From: Flectonema sp. DT1601
Lineage: Eukaryota
NCBI GenBank assembly: GCA_964019425.1
Contig: OZ025798.1
Span: forward strand, 434,001-498,000
Length of the DNA: 64,000 bases
Direction of reading: 5' to 3'
Each line of letters starts with the position of its first letter. Positions within the stretch are counted from its first letter, which is position 1. The position numbers and the translations under genes are program-made. The notes beneath the pieces are model-generated. The model did no database searches. It was not told where the DNA came from and saw only the letters and a program-made list of their open reading frames with translations. Positions 9,792 to 22,335 of the stretch are shown piece by piece.

Positions 9792-12624
9792 TTATTGCGA
9801 TCGATTTTCTTTTTGTTTTAACTGTTTAATACTTTGTCGGGAAAGGGTACCTCTGATAACCCGTTGAATGTCAGTCGCTGCGTCATCTACTTGGGAGTCT
9901 GATTGTTCTTTAACTCTCAAATGCTGAAGGTTATCCTTAACTCCCCTAGCCTTAGTAGTTCTAACGAGTCCCTGAATAACACGAGCCGCATCCGACATTA
10001 CGACGTCGAGACAGTCTGATTGTTTTTGTACTTTCATTTCTCTGTTTGTATTTCTCGCTTGACTTCCCTTGAAAGCCGATTGAATTTTCACTGCTGCTGT
10101 CCCTCGTGTTCTATCTTCTTCATAAGGACCATATTGTGTAACTTCATCTAGCTGTCCTTGTAAACTGTCAATTAATGTCATGTGTTCAGATAGGAGATCT
10201 GTTAGTTCGTCAATTTGGTTGTTTTGAAGATTTCTCTCGTCTTCAAGGGCGTTTAATTTAGTCTCCGCTGCGCGTTCGCATAGTACGAGTCGTTCATTTT
10301 CGCGAATAGCGTGGAGTTGTCGCTCGTCATTGAGCTGATTTTGCAACCATTGAACTCGCATTTCAAGTTCCGAAACTTTATTTTCATTCGATAAGTCAGT
10401 ATGCTGTGGTGGTGGTAGTGGTGTCGATGATGAAGTTGGCATTTCTGTGACCCCATTTGCAGCTTTCGCATCGCTTGGTTGGGACACTTGCTGAAGAATT
10501 TCCTCTCTCAGAATTTCATTTTCAATCTCATTCTCACTGAGCTCAATCTCCTCTATGAGTTTGAGTGCTTTTTGCTCTCTCTGATTGTGAGTTTCTCGAC
10601 GGCGTTCTTCAACAGCCTTCAAAGATTGTTTGTGTGCATATGTCTGTTGGCACACTGTAGCTGTTTCATTCATTGAAATAGATTTTGCTTCGGATGCTCT
10701 GTCGACTCTTCGTTTTGATATTTCTTTTTTCGCCACGTTGATTTTGGCCAACCCTTGGATGGTATTCGCAGCTTGAGTTTCCTTTTCCAGCTGATGCCGC
10801 TGTTGCTGCAACTCAATCTGTTGATTGCACTCTTCAGCTTCTTTACATTTTTTACGAAGAGTTTCTGCAGTACCTTCATGGCGACGTTTTTCTGCATTTT
10901 GGTGGAGGAGGAGACCTTGTTCTTGTCGAATCTTGTGAGCGACACATTCTTCTTCGTGTTTTGCTTTTTGTTCTTCGGCTGATGCCTGCTCGTATTCTAG
11001 TTGGAGGAGTTTATTTAGACATTTCTCTTTTTCAATTCGGATACGATCAGTTTCTTTTCGAGCAGAGAGGATTCCTATTTCATATTTCTGTAATGCTGAT
11101 TCTCTAGCATGTTCTTGTTCGTGTTCAAGGCGTTGGGCTAAGGCCAGGGATGCCTGTCGATCGCACTCTTGCTTAGCACGGTCTGCGTCGTTTACCAACA
11201 CCAGAGATCGTTCTTGTTGTAACATCTGTTCCTCGTGTAAAACTCGAAGTCGCTTCCTAGACTCTTGGATCTCGTCAGCAGCTGCTTGCACATTCATCGA
11301 TGTTATTTGTACGTTGTATTGAATGACGTCTTCCAGGTCTGCGTATTCCTCTTTTTCCATCGAAAGTTTTTGCTCCTCCAACAATTCTTTTAATTTAACA
11401 CTTCGGGTTCCTTCCAATATATCTTCGTTAAATATTTGGTTTTGAAACTTTTTTTCTTCAGCTTGTTGTTCTTCTTTAATAAGTTCCTCAGCTTCTTTCT
11501 TGAGTGACAGGAGAGTCGAATCTGTTTTTTTTTTTTTTTTAAATTATTTCTTGTTAATATTTGTGTCATGAGTTGTAGTGTTACGGAAGTAAAAACATAC
11601 CTGGGGATGGTTTTTGTTCCCTTTGTCTTGTTATTTGCTGTTTAATGTCTTGTTGTTGATCCTTACTGGAAATTAGTCCCTGAATCCTACCAAGTGAATT
11701 CTCCTCACGGATAGTAGCATTGTTAAGTTGTCGTTGAAGGTGGTAGTGTTCTAAGTCTATCGTTTTGGAAAGTTCGGCAGCATAAGCTTCAGCTTCCGCG
11801 CGTTCAGTGGAAGCCTGTCGCTTTCTCTGCTGATCAAACCGTAATATGTGCTCTTCAGATTGCGTTGCAGCCTTTTCACTTGCGTGTTGAGAACTCGCCT
11901 CCATTCGTATGGTAGCCATCTGATCTTCTCTTTCTAATAAAAGTAATTCATCTTTTAAAGCACTCAACTCACTAGATGTTGTTTCCTTTACTGATTGAAG
12001 CATATCATGGTGTAAAGATACTCTTGTTTGTTTTGCTTTTTCAGCCTGTCGGAGTTGAGATATTTTTTCGGCCGCATCAGTTTCTGCCTTTTGCTGTTTT
12101 AGTAGTTGTCGTTTAGTCCAGTCTTCTCTGCCAAGTTCTCGAAGCTCGTTTTTCATGCTGTCGAGGGTTTCGATGAGTTTTTTACGGCATTCAGCAACCT
12201 CGTGATCTTGGTCATTGATTCTCCGAAGTTGTGATTCTAGCTGCGACTTTTTCTGAAGAGTTTCCTGTTGTCTTGATAAGGGATTCCCGTTTACAAGTTC
12301 CCACTGAATCTCTTGATGCTTTCTCTCCTTTTCAAGTCTTGATAATTCCTCTCTTTTAGCCTCTTCGCGCATTCTCTTAAGCCTGTCTTTGCGCTGAGCT
12401 TCTTGGTATTTTCTTAGCTCAATAGTTTCTCGTAGAATTGCTTCATCCGCTAGTTGTTGTTTTCTCCTTCTTTCCTGTTCACGCTTTTCAGATTCCAAGG
12501 CTTTTGCAGTCTTTAATCGCTTTTCTTCTTTTTCCAATTCCTCGAGTTCCGCTTTTAGTGACGTTATCTCACTCAACACCCGATTAGCAGCTGTTCGGGG
12601 AGGGGAGCCGGCTACTGCCGTCAT
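9792..12624 (-). CDS. Coiled-coil protein with IQ calmodulin-binding-like motifs (2 exons, 917 aa)
   Basis: ATG at 12624 (MTAVAGSPPR). Intron 11600-11522 (GTATG...AAAACAG) joins the two E/K/Q/R-rich ORFs in frame. IQ-like motifs are AAVKIQSAFKGSQAR, AARVIQGLVRTTKAR, AATDIQRVIRGTLSR and AANTIQGLAKINVAK. Confidence 0.85.
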
Positions 12625-12850
12625 TTTGTTGGTTGTGTAGCTTTTTTTTTGAATATTAATATTATTTTCTTTATTATAGAAACCTCCACTGGGCAATGTT
12701 CACTACGAATTTGTTTATTTTTATGTGAGTACCTGCTTAGAGAGAAATAACATAAAACGAATGATAAAACTTGTTTCTAGTCAGTTAGTGTTTTCGAATC
12801 GATTGCACGTGTAGTTTATATTAATGTTATTAGTCAGTTTTAGTTATAAA

Positions 12851-13329
12851 ATCCAACGTTTTGCTGTATATAATGAGTGCTCTAGGAGGGTAACTCACAG
12901 TAACAGAGGACCCGTTAGTATTGATAGTTTTCAGTCAAATCAAAAAAAAAAAATGCATAAAATTCGCAGAACAACCAACGAATAATTAGTTAGTATTAAT
13001 AATTATCAGTTCAATCAAAAAAAAAAGCAAAATTTCGTAGGACAGCAAACAAGTTGGTTTCGGGCTAAGATTAAAAACAATCTTTTCTTCGGACCATTCC
13101 CCTTATCCAACGTTACTGTATATTATGAGTGCTCTAGGAGGGTAACTCACAGTAACAGAGGACCCAATCCGTAGCCATATCCGAAGATTTCGCATGGATG
13201 TTGAAGTAGCATCGACTGAAAGATTAATGAATACCAATCTCCAGCTTTCCGCCTCGCCGCAGCTTATTAAATAATGGTTGGATTTCGGGGCTAAGATTAA
13301 AAATATCTTTCCTTGGAATAGTCCCCTTA
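12851..13329. repeat. Imperfect tandem duplication (about 250/225-bp units)
   Basis: An identical 41-bp block occurs at 12873-12913 and 13125-13165. A second shared block (gggctaagattaaaaa...cccctta) occurs at about 13059-13105 and 13283-13329. Confidence 0.8.
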
Positions 13330-15093
13330 CCCAGCCCACTTCAGTGAAGAAGCTTATGTTAGTATATGTGATTATTAAAAAAATGCGTTTGAGAAAATAA
13401 AATATGTGAAAAAATATTAAATATATTGTTCTGCTGTTCCATATAACACTGTGGAACACGTAGTTTCATGGCAGGCCATAATCTTATACTACTTGTCTTC
13501 TTCAGTAATTTCTAGGGGACCTTATTCTAAATTTCTTGTAAATCAGTTTTCAAAAGTGGTTCTTAACGTAAGAACTAATAATAACTTATCCATCAGAGCT
13601 CCCCAAGACTTTAGTTAGGTTAGCAAAAGTTGTGTTTGTTAGTTAGCAAGTCATCATCAGACCACCGAGTATCGGTTAGGTAGACTCTCAAATAGAACCT
13701 GGTACTGCTGTAGAAGGTTGATCCAGAGTATTGTTTTATTAGTTCATATTAAAGGAAATACAAAGTGATGAACTCACACCACGAATTGCTACATGTCATG
13801 TCCAATCAGAGCTTTTCAACACCCACAAGCATCAAATTAAAATTTGAATTGTGTAACTACGGGTATAGAGTTTTTATTTTATTTTTTTTTTTTTTGACAT
13901 CACACAAAAATACTTTTTTTGTGTGTGCAGTGTGTTGAATTTTTTAATTGGTTGAGTTGGAGAGAAAAAAAAAAAAAAAAATCATTGTCCTGCATGTCAA
14001 TGACTACACCACGTGTTGATACAAACAGATATCTACATCACAAATATTTACTGCGTAACTATCTCTTCACTTTGTTGTCCCATTCCGAGACATTAAAAAA
14101 CGAAACAAAGTCAAACCTTATTTTAGGCTAAGGAATAATACCGATCTTGCATTTCAAATCGTTTGGCGGGTAGTGTAGGGAAAAGTGTAGGGAGAGAAAC
14201 ATGAGAGAGGGAAAAACCAAAACGACGCAATTAATCGGTATTAGGGGAGGAATTTTTCGTTCTTACAATACATGTTAAATGCAAAAAAAAAAAAAAAAAA
14301 AACTAGAAATAATAGGTAAATTTGGTATGCATCTGTGCAGCTGACTAAAAGAAAAACAATAGGTGTGGAAAATAGTTCTTTTTCAAACGAGTGTTAATGG
14401 TGATGCACATTACCAATTTCACCATACGAAATGAAGAAAAAGACTTCCCACCATCGTCTACTACTGCACAAATAAAGATGTACAAATTGTGTAATAAGAA
14501 ACAAAGACTAAACAGATAACTTTATGAAAAAAAAAAAAAATGGGGAAAAAACTGAAACTAAAAACTTACGAAGATCAATCGCATCGACAATATTAGGCAG
14601 CTCTGAGCTTTTACGTATAAATCTTTTGCTTAGTACAAACAAAGGAGTACAGAGTAACTCGCGCTAGGTCAACCGTATCAGTGACCCTGTGAATATTATT
14701 AAAAAGAAAATGTGTAAACCAGATTTTTGAGATAAAATAATCTTTTTTTTTTTATTATCGCAGTGAGAACAGAAACAACAATAACAACAGAGGGCTACCC
14801 TGTGGGAATGTTGAAAAAAAAAAAAAAAAAAAAAACCACCTAAACCAATGTACCAGTTTTCTTTATCAAGACAACACTTTTATGCAAGGATGAAGACTTG
14901 GTAGTTAGTAAGTTGGAGGCAATGATTAACTCCAAATAAAGAAAGAAAAAAAAACAAATAGGATACAGGAAGCACCAATGAAATAGCAAAATGTCACAGC
15001 ACACTTATTTTTACTCCCAAAAAGAATGTTGTCGAAATCCATCTAAATTATCGTGTCCCAAAGTCGCATTTTTTTTTTTTTTTTTTTTTTTAA

Positions 15094-16809
15094 CCCTTTA
15101 AGCCCTGAAGGCCACTATAGTGGCCTTTCGCGTTTTTTTTTTTTTGACAAAGGGGAAAAATGTACCTTGTGAGTACAAGGGTGGAGCCAGAGCTGCCAAA
15201 AAACGACAAATTTTATGTGGGATCGTGCTGCAAAAATCACCAGCTTTTTCTGAGAAAAAATTCATTTTTTTTTTTCTGCACTGGGAACAGTCTTAGCCAG
15301 GTTGCCCATGACTATCCCATGTTTTCGGCCAAAAAATAAAATCCCTAAAACTATTTCCATCGAAAATGATTCAGTAGGGTCACCTATCCCAGATTTGGGT
15401 GCTCCTGAGTCTTCTTCGAGCGATGAAAAGAGTACAATAGAGCCAAGCATTTCCCCTCTGAAATGGAGCAAGAAAATCACCAAGGTAAAACGACGCACGT
15501 TTCGGCGGTCCTTGCAGAACATGCCAGACCTGAAATTGATGAAGGAACTGCAGAAATTTGAACTTGTGTTCACCCCAAAGGTGATGAGATGATTTCGCAC
15601 TGCAGCAACAACTAGGCACTCAATCTTAACGTAGCTGAACTCAAACTCTCTTTAGGACTCAATATCCTCGTGGGTCTCTGTAATAAACCAAATATCTCAG
15701 ATTACAGGAACGGTACATCAGACCCAGCATACACACCCCACTTCGCTTCCTGAGATCGGTTCCTCTAAATTCGAACCTATCTAAAGTTTTACACTGTCAC
15801 CAACCCCGTACCTGCTGACAAGCTCTACAAAATCCGCAGCTTTTGGGAAACAATAGTTCCCAAATGGTCCGAGATCAATAAGGCGGAGGCGCAGGGACGG
15901 GTGGAGAAGTTCTCTGCCTCGTACTTTCAGTCCTAGCACAATGTGCATCACATAAATTCAGGGGCAATCCAAAAGAAGTACATGTCTTCAGCACATTGCC
16001 TCTCGAGGAGAATTATGAGACAGCCACGTGATGGACTAAATAAGGAAATCCATCAAAAAGTGACCATCGACTTACCGGTACAGATCCATCAGTACAACAA
16101 ACTAATGGGTGGTGTTGACCTCGTAGACGGTATCAGGGGGAAGGCAAGAAGAACTCTGATGACAAAACGCTGGACCCTGAAAGTCTTTCACTACTTGTTA
16201 GAGATTTCTATCTTCAATGTTTTCACCCTCCAAAAGAAGTCTGAAAAAGACGTCGGGACATATGCTCAGTTCAAAAAAAGGCCATGTTCTCAACTTATTG
16301 ATCATGGAACACACCAAACTCACACAAAATGTCACTACCTACGAAAATTTGATATTTTTGGGGACTGCAGTTCACGGATTTGTTCTCAAAAAAAGTAAGG
16401 TCATCGACTTCTTGTTCAAAAAGCGAGGTTTTCTTATGCGTGGATCCCTGCTTCGAACAATATCACGAAAATATTGACAAGTATTCAGCCCCTGTTTGCA
16501 ACAACCATACCTTTGCTACACACAATCATATCCCACCGAAAAACATGAAACGGAAGCACTCTACTCCTACAACATTGCCAAAATCAAAGCGAACCCAGGG
16601 GTCCTAAGCAACAGTGTTTTTTTAGGCTGTTGTTGCATTTTCTCAAGTTATTTTGGCCCCCTTGCGGGCTGACCTCAGTTTTTTTTCAATGCGCGGGGGG
16701 GTGTCTTTCACCCTGTAATTTTTTTGTATTTTTCCCCACACCCCTTTTCCCCTTTGTCAAATTTTTCGATTTTTCTCAAAAACTGGGTTTTCAGCCTCTT
16801 ATTAAAGGG
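15094..16809 (+). mobile_element. piggyBac-family DNA transposon, internally deleted and decayed
   Basis: TTAA target-site duplication at 15090-15093 and 16810-16813, termini CCCTTTAA...TTAAAGGG, and an internal transposase remnant. Confidence 0.93.
15308..16607 (+). pseudogene. piggyBac transposase remnant
   Basis: Fragments: AELKLSLGLNILVGLCNKPNISDY...DRFL*IRTYLKF...DKLYKIRSF; the hallmark YNKLMGGVDLVD...RWTLKVFHYLLEISIFN; and the C-terminal Cys-rich SCSKSEVFLCVDPCFEQYH. It is broken by stops and frameshifts, and the central catalytic segment is missing. Confidence 0.88.
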
Positions 16810-17070
16810 TTAAAAATTAAAAACTTTGTTAACAAGGGCAATAAGAGTTTTCTTCAATTTTCCGCTTGTCGTCGCAGAGTAAAAAAAAAAAAAAAAAAAA
16901 AAAGGGAAAGGGAAAAACTATAATTCCACAAAAAAGTTTCTGAAATGTCCGAAAATAGAGATGTAAAGAAATAGGATGAACACAGGAAAGGAACTGTGGG
17001 GAGGATGCGAAAAATGTTTTGCTGACGTGGAAAAACAATCGTTGTACGAAAATAAAAAAAAAGGGATGTA

Positions 17071-17265
17071 GTATATGAGCTTATTGTAAAAGAATTGGCT
17101 TTATCTTAAACTATACAGAATAATAGTAATATAACACTTATGGATGTTTTTTTTTTGTTTGTGCACGAAACCGACTCACCTAAGCTGATACAAGCTGAAG
17201 GAGGTTTACGTGTGCTGCCAATATTCTTACAATACTTTGTTAAATGTAAAAAGAAAAATTTAAAA
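17071..17265 (+). repeat. About 195-bp inverted copy of intron 1 of the neighbouring pseudokinase gene (partner at about 19436-19633)
   Basis: Colinear reverse-complement match that includes the perfect blocks aaaagaattggctttatctt, tttgtttgtgcacgaaaccg and aaggaggtttacgtgtgctgccaa (17198-17221 vs 19482-19505). Confidence 0.9.
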
Positions 17266-18350
17266 AATTCGGACTACACTCGTTACCTAGCCCTCTTCAG
17301 TGAGGAAGGGGTTGGTTAGAGTTAACAGTCATTCAAACATACGTCGATACGAAGTCTTATCAACATTACTAACTATCACCACGTAACGGGTATTAAATAA
17401 AAAGAGAGAAGAAAACTAAGGAAACAGAAGTAGAGACCAGCTGCTTAGTATAGCCAGACTATTACCATCAACTAATTCCGTTGTCACTCGCACAAAGGGG
17501 AAAAAAAAAAAGAAAAAGCTTTAGTAATTTCAGCATTTTTTTTGCTACAAAAAAAAAAAGGGGGGGGGGAAAATGAAATTACTTGGCCGTCAATTTTCAT
17601 GATATTTTAGAAATTTTTCTATCTGAGAAAACTGTTGGTCTTTAAAAGTGTAAGCCAAGTACAAGTTGCCTCCTGACGAGTATTCTGTGGGTAGTCCCCA
17701 AACAATCAAGGCTCTACTCCACCCACGTCAGGCGCATTTTTATTTTTTGTTGCATGTGGCCAATACAGAAGAAAAAGAGAGAAAGTTCACCATAAAGACT
17801 TTTTTTTTTAGAAACATGTCTTCTGTTTGAAACAAAGGGAGAAAAAAACTGGAAAAGAAGAGAGAATACCGAAGATATATAAACAAGATTCCGTGATCGA
17901 TAGGTTCACTGAAGAGAATGCAATTATTGGATTGAAGACTAACCTAGTAATTAGTTATTGAGGGGTATGGCGTGCATGTGTTGTTGATCGTGATCAGACC
18001 ATCGTCAACAAGATTTCGTAATCGATTCACTGAAGAGGATACAAGAAATCAGATAGAATGAATACTCAGCGATGCGAATTACCGCAGTGAAGAACATTCA
18101 CTAAGTACACCGAGCAGTAGTACGTGAAGTAGATATAACAACAGAGGTCAAGATACAATCAACACAAGCAGAAGAAGGAAAAGAAAACACCCCAACAACA
18201 GCAATCAACTAGTAGTAAGAAACCTAAAATTGCATAGGCTAGAGACTAGGGGGTTGTTAGTTAGAGGAAAAAACTGAATACAACAAAAAAAAAAAAAAAA
18301 AAAACGAGGCCAGTGATACAGTAAAAACAGACGTGAACACAAGAAAAAGT

Positions 18351-19675
18351 TTATGGTTCTTGTGGTGTTCCGCATAGATTTGATCGGAAGGTTTTAAGAC
18401 CCTCAATCGCTGTCATTTCAGGCAAAAATTTCAAAAAGTTATTCAGATCGTCATCTGTTGTATTCTCTGAGAATCGTGTAAAGACTTTAGCCAGCGCAGA
18501 AACATCCGCAGCGAGCATCTCAGAAGAAGCGTTGAGTGAAGCAGACTGCCAAGAGCATAATTTGTATCGAGTCAAAGGGTACTTTGGAAGATCAGCATGT
18601 AAAATTGAAACCGAAGACGGGACAATACCACCATGTGATATATTACGACTGTGAGCATCAGCCAATGCATCCAACATAGAAACGACAAGTAGACGAAGGT
18701 TTAACAAAGAAAGATCATCAGGAGTACACGATTCTAATGTTAATGTCGTAGCAATAATCTCTGTTTGAATACGAATACAGTTAGGGTCTTTCCAAACAGC
18801 GAAGTATCTTGGAGTCGATGATGAATTTGAGCCACTCAGTGCTGCTACCTCAGGGATGTCTATAATGTTTGTGTCACCACTCATCGAGATCGACGTAATT
18901 TGATAAATTCGTTCATCGCTTACATTCCTCGCAATCCCTACCTCTCGACCGCTGTTAATATCACCGTAGTGTTGAATTTCTTCATACTCCATTGAGTACC
19001 TTTTTTTTTTTTTTTTTTTAAATTAGTTTTATTATCATCACATAACAATGAACAACACAGATGATATAGTAATACACAAACCTGTCATCATTACTTAACA
19101 AGTCAAGAATGGCTTCAGGAACACCAGTTGGAGTTTGTCCTGGGCTTTTGTCCTCCATTTGAATAAGGTTTAAAAGTGAGTTGATTTCGAGAGTTGGAGC
19201 AGACTGTAGTGGAGATCCAGTTTGAGATTGTTTGATAGGTTGTCCTCCCGTACATCGAAACACATCTGAAAATGAACCTATTCCAGGGGAGACAATCGGA
19301 CTAATAGGAAATGATTTACAACTACGAGAAAATACCGCACTCGCACTGGTAGGCGTCTTCATCGGAGTCCGAGCGTACGAGTTTGTTGGTGAATCCTGTG
19401 TTATAATAATTCTTTAACTGATTAAAACTTTTTTTTTTCTTTTTTTGCATTTAACAAGTATTGTAAGAACGAAAAAGAATGTTGGCAGCACACGTAAACC
19501 TCCTTTAGCTTTATCAGTTTAAGTCGGTTCACGGTTTCGTGCACAAACAAAAAAGCAGTGTTATATTATTATTATTATTTTCTGTATAGTTGAAGATAAA
19601 GCCAATTCTTTTTTTAAATAAGTCTAGACATACCCTAGCAGGAGGGGTGACAAAACCATCTTCCAGCTCCGACAT
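18351..19675 (-). CDS. Wee1/Myt1-like pseudokinase (3 exons, 334 aa)
   Basis: ATG 19675 (MSELEDGFVTPPAR). Introns 19633-19396 and 19081-19000 join in frame. An SP/TP-rich N-terminus precedes RYSMEYEEI...DERIYQIT...EVAALS...PRYFAVWKD...IRIQTE...ALADAHSRNISHGGIVPSSV...YKLCSW, which follows the Wee1-family subdomain order with catalytic motifs replaced. Confidence 0.75.
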
Positions 19676-20326
19676 TTCAAATTCGTTATTACGACAGCTA
19701 CTGCCTGTGAAAAAAAATAATAAAAAATAATAATGCGAAATTGAGGAGAAAGTTTTTTTTTTCCACTAAATCGCGAGCACATGTACCTGCTAAGAGAAAA
19801 AAAGAATAATGATACAAACACTAAAAACACTAAAAGAATAATTCCTAAAAATAATAATAATCTACGGCAAAACAAACAACAGAACCAAATTGGGAGTGAA
19901 GAGTAGATTACTCTTTGCGACGATCGGGAATTCGAAGAACTGTCATCTTCACTAACACATGGCGGGATAAATTAGGGACTTGGGTCGTACGGATACCCAC
20001 GCCAGAGGTGAAAATTAATAGCAAGTTGTCCGACTGTCTTCACTGGGGCTTCGTGTTTTCTAATGAGCCCAAGTCCTGAAACACAGAGAGTGTGTACATT
20101 TATTCTCCGCTTCGATGAGAATATAGTATTCCTCTCTACATGTCTACACGATCACTATAATCGTAAAAAAAAATACCTGTTCGCAGGAATTTCGTAATTT
20201 TTAAAAAAAAAAAAAAAAAGGGGGAGTGCGGACGAACATCCGCAATAATAATTTACAAAAAGTATGTTTATTACAAAAATATCGATTTCAGTGTCATGTT
20301 ATGAGACTGATTCAGAGATAAAACTT

Positions 20327-21007
20327 TCAAAAAGATGAGAACTCAGAATAAGAAGGAACCATATTATAACTACTCATTTGAGTAAAACAATCAATATAGC
20401 GTTGGTCATACCTAGGAAGGTAGCTGTTGGAATTATTTTCAGGAACTGGTTGGTAGGAGCTGATTGAGCAGTCGAGAGAAGTATCATTTTTCGAACGTTT
20501 TTCTTCGAATGTAACTTCTAGTGATCGTTCTCGAAGTCGACGTTTACAACTGAGGCGAGGAGGTGCTCTTGTAAGTTGAATTTGCTGAAGTACTTCCAGA
20601 ACAATTGATGCTTCAGAAGTAGGTAACTTTGCTCTCAGTATTTGATGATCATCGATAATAAAAACACCAGGTTGGATTGATCCACTGTCAGTTAACATTC
20701 CATAACTTCTAGCTACATTACAACTAACATCACCAAGAAGAGGGTAATGAAGTTTTCCTTCAGTGTGCGCGCAATGTGATAAAACGGAATCTACGCTGCA
20801 ACCCAACAGGTCGCATGATTTTTCTTCAAACTCTTTCCTCCGCTGGTCAAACTCCATAGCGGATCTAACTATACCGTTGTTAAAAGGATAGAAAAATAAT
20901 ACTAAATATCTTCCTGAAAACATCTTTGAATCTAACTCCATCAACCTCCCTCCATGACCTACTGCGGGACAGCGAAAATATGGAATTTCATGGCCGATCT
21001 CACACAT
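20327..21007 (-). CDS. Peroxiredoxin (AhpC/TSA)-fold protein lacking the peroxidatic motif, with C-terminal extension (226 aa)
   Basis: GRYLVLFFYP...EFEEKSCDLLGCSVDSVLSH...YPLLGD...VARSYGML...GVFIIDDHQILR follows the 2-Cys peroxiredoxin pattern, but FNNGIVRS replaces DFTFVCPTE. Confidence 0.85.
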   Translation of the reverse strand: MCEIGHEIPYFRCPAVGHGGRLMELDSKMFSGRYLVLFFYPFNNGIVRSAMEFDQRRKEFEEKSCDLLGCSVDSVLSHCAHTEGKLHYPLLGDVSCNVARSYGMLTDSGSIQPGVFIIDDHQILRAKLPTSEASIVLEVLQQIQLTRAPPRLSCKRRLRERSLEVTFEEKRSKNDTSLDCSISSYQPVPENNSNSYLPRYDQRYIDCFTQMSSYNMVPSYSEFSSF

Positions 21008-22335
21008 TGTTTGTTTCACAAAGAAATTCCTGGTTTTTATTTATTTATTTTTTAAATATGTTACTGCAGTATTTTTAACACAAAATTGATTCCAAACAGT
21101 TCCCAGAAAGGAATCATTTCAACCACCTGTACTGTGTGAAAAAGACATAACTACAGCATCCACCACAAAATTACTATAAAGCTGCTACAACGAAACGAAT
21201 AGGTGATGGGGGTACTGAGAAAAACACAAAGCGAGCAACAAAACTGATCTAGGGGAGCCAACAACTGAATTGGGGGATGCGCCACTACAGGAAAATAGTC
21301 AGACAGCCTGGCGGTTGAGCATCATGAAGTACAACTGCCTGGGTTATACCTTAAATATTGATTGCTTGAGGGCGGAGGATAATCTCCCACACAGATCCCT
21401 AAAAAAAGAAACTTCTCTGACGAGTTGCACAACCCTTCTGATCTGTACTTTTTGTGTATTTCACGAAGCCAGAGAACTAAATATATTATTTTTTTTTTTT
21501 CCATTATATCGCCCGCCTTCTTAGTAGTAAATTAGAGTTCTTTTTTCTATTTTTTCTTACCGATACTAAGATTCTTATAGAATGGATTAAAGAGAGAGAA
21601 AAACAACAACAAAAAAAAAAAAAAAAGGAAACGTTGCCAACAATAATTTTTTTTTCTTATTAGATCAAAGCGAAGACGGAAAAAAATATCCATCAAATCA
21701 AATAAAAAAAATATTCTCACCTGTGAACGAACACAAATGTGAATCCAGCAACAAAAAGTAACTAGACAGCAAGGATACCTTGACATAACGATTTCCACAC
21801 CTCTTTTAAAAGCGATCATTGCTGCACAGCCCTCCCAGACACACGTTATTATATCAGGCTTCTTTACACAGCTTTAAGCAAGAAGATGGGCAGCCTTCAC
21901 AGGCTGGATGTACAACACTTACAGCAGCAACATCGAACAAAACAAAAAAAAACTCTTTTTTTGTTTTTTTCAGATAAACACTAATAATACGCTACTTGTA
22001 TTCAGTCGGGGGGATAAAAGAAAGATAATTGATGCCGTTTTCAAAAAAAAAAAAAAAAAAAAAAAAAAAACGACAAATCTGGAGCCCGCGTGATACTATA
22101 ATCTGAATGAAGGGAAATCTTGAAGTGTGCCAGTTAAAAAAAGAAAAAAGAAATTTCAACTTTCCAAGACTTTGGTTCCCCCGTTCCAGATTTTTACAGG
22201 CTCATGAGTAGTAGACGTTACGACCCTTCTCAGGTGCAGATAATAACAAAAAAAACAAAACCGCGATCATAATGAATATTCAACATATCAGCAATTGAAT
22301 CTTACTGACAAAGGCTGGAGAAGAAGAGGGAGGGT

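Noticed and set aside
17882..18044. Imperfect direct repeat of about 40 bp (17882-17923, 18007-18044) downstream of the pseudokinase
   Set aside because: It is real but short and diverged, with no evidence of function or element boundaries.
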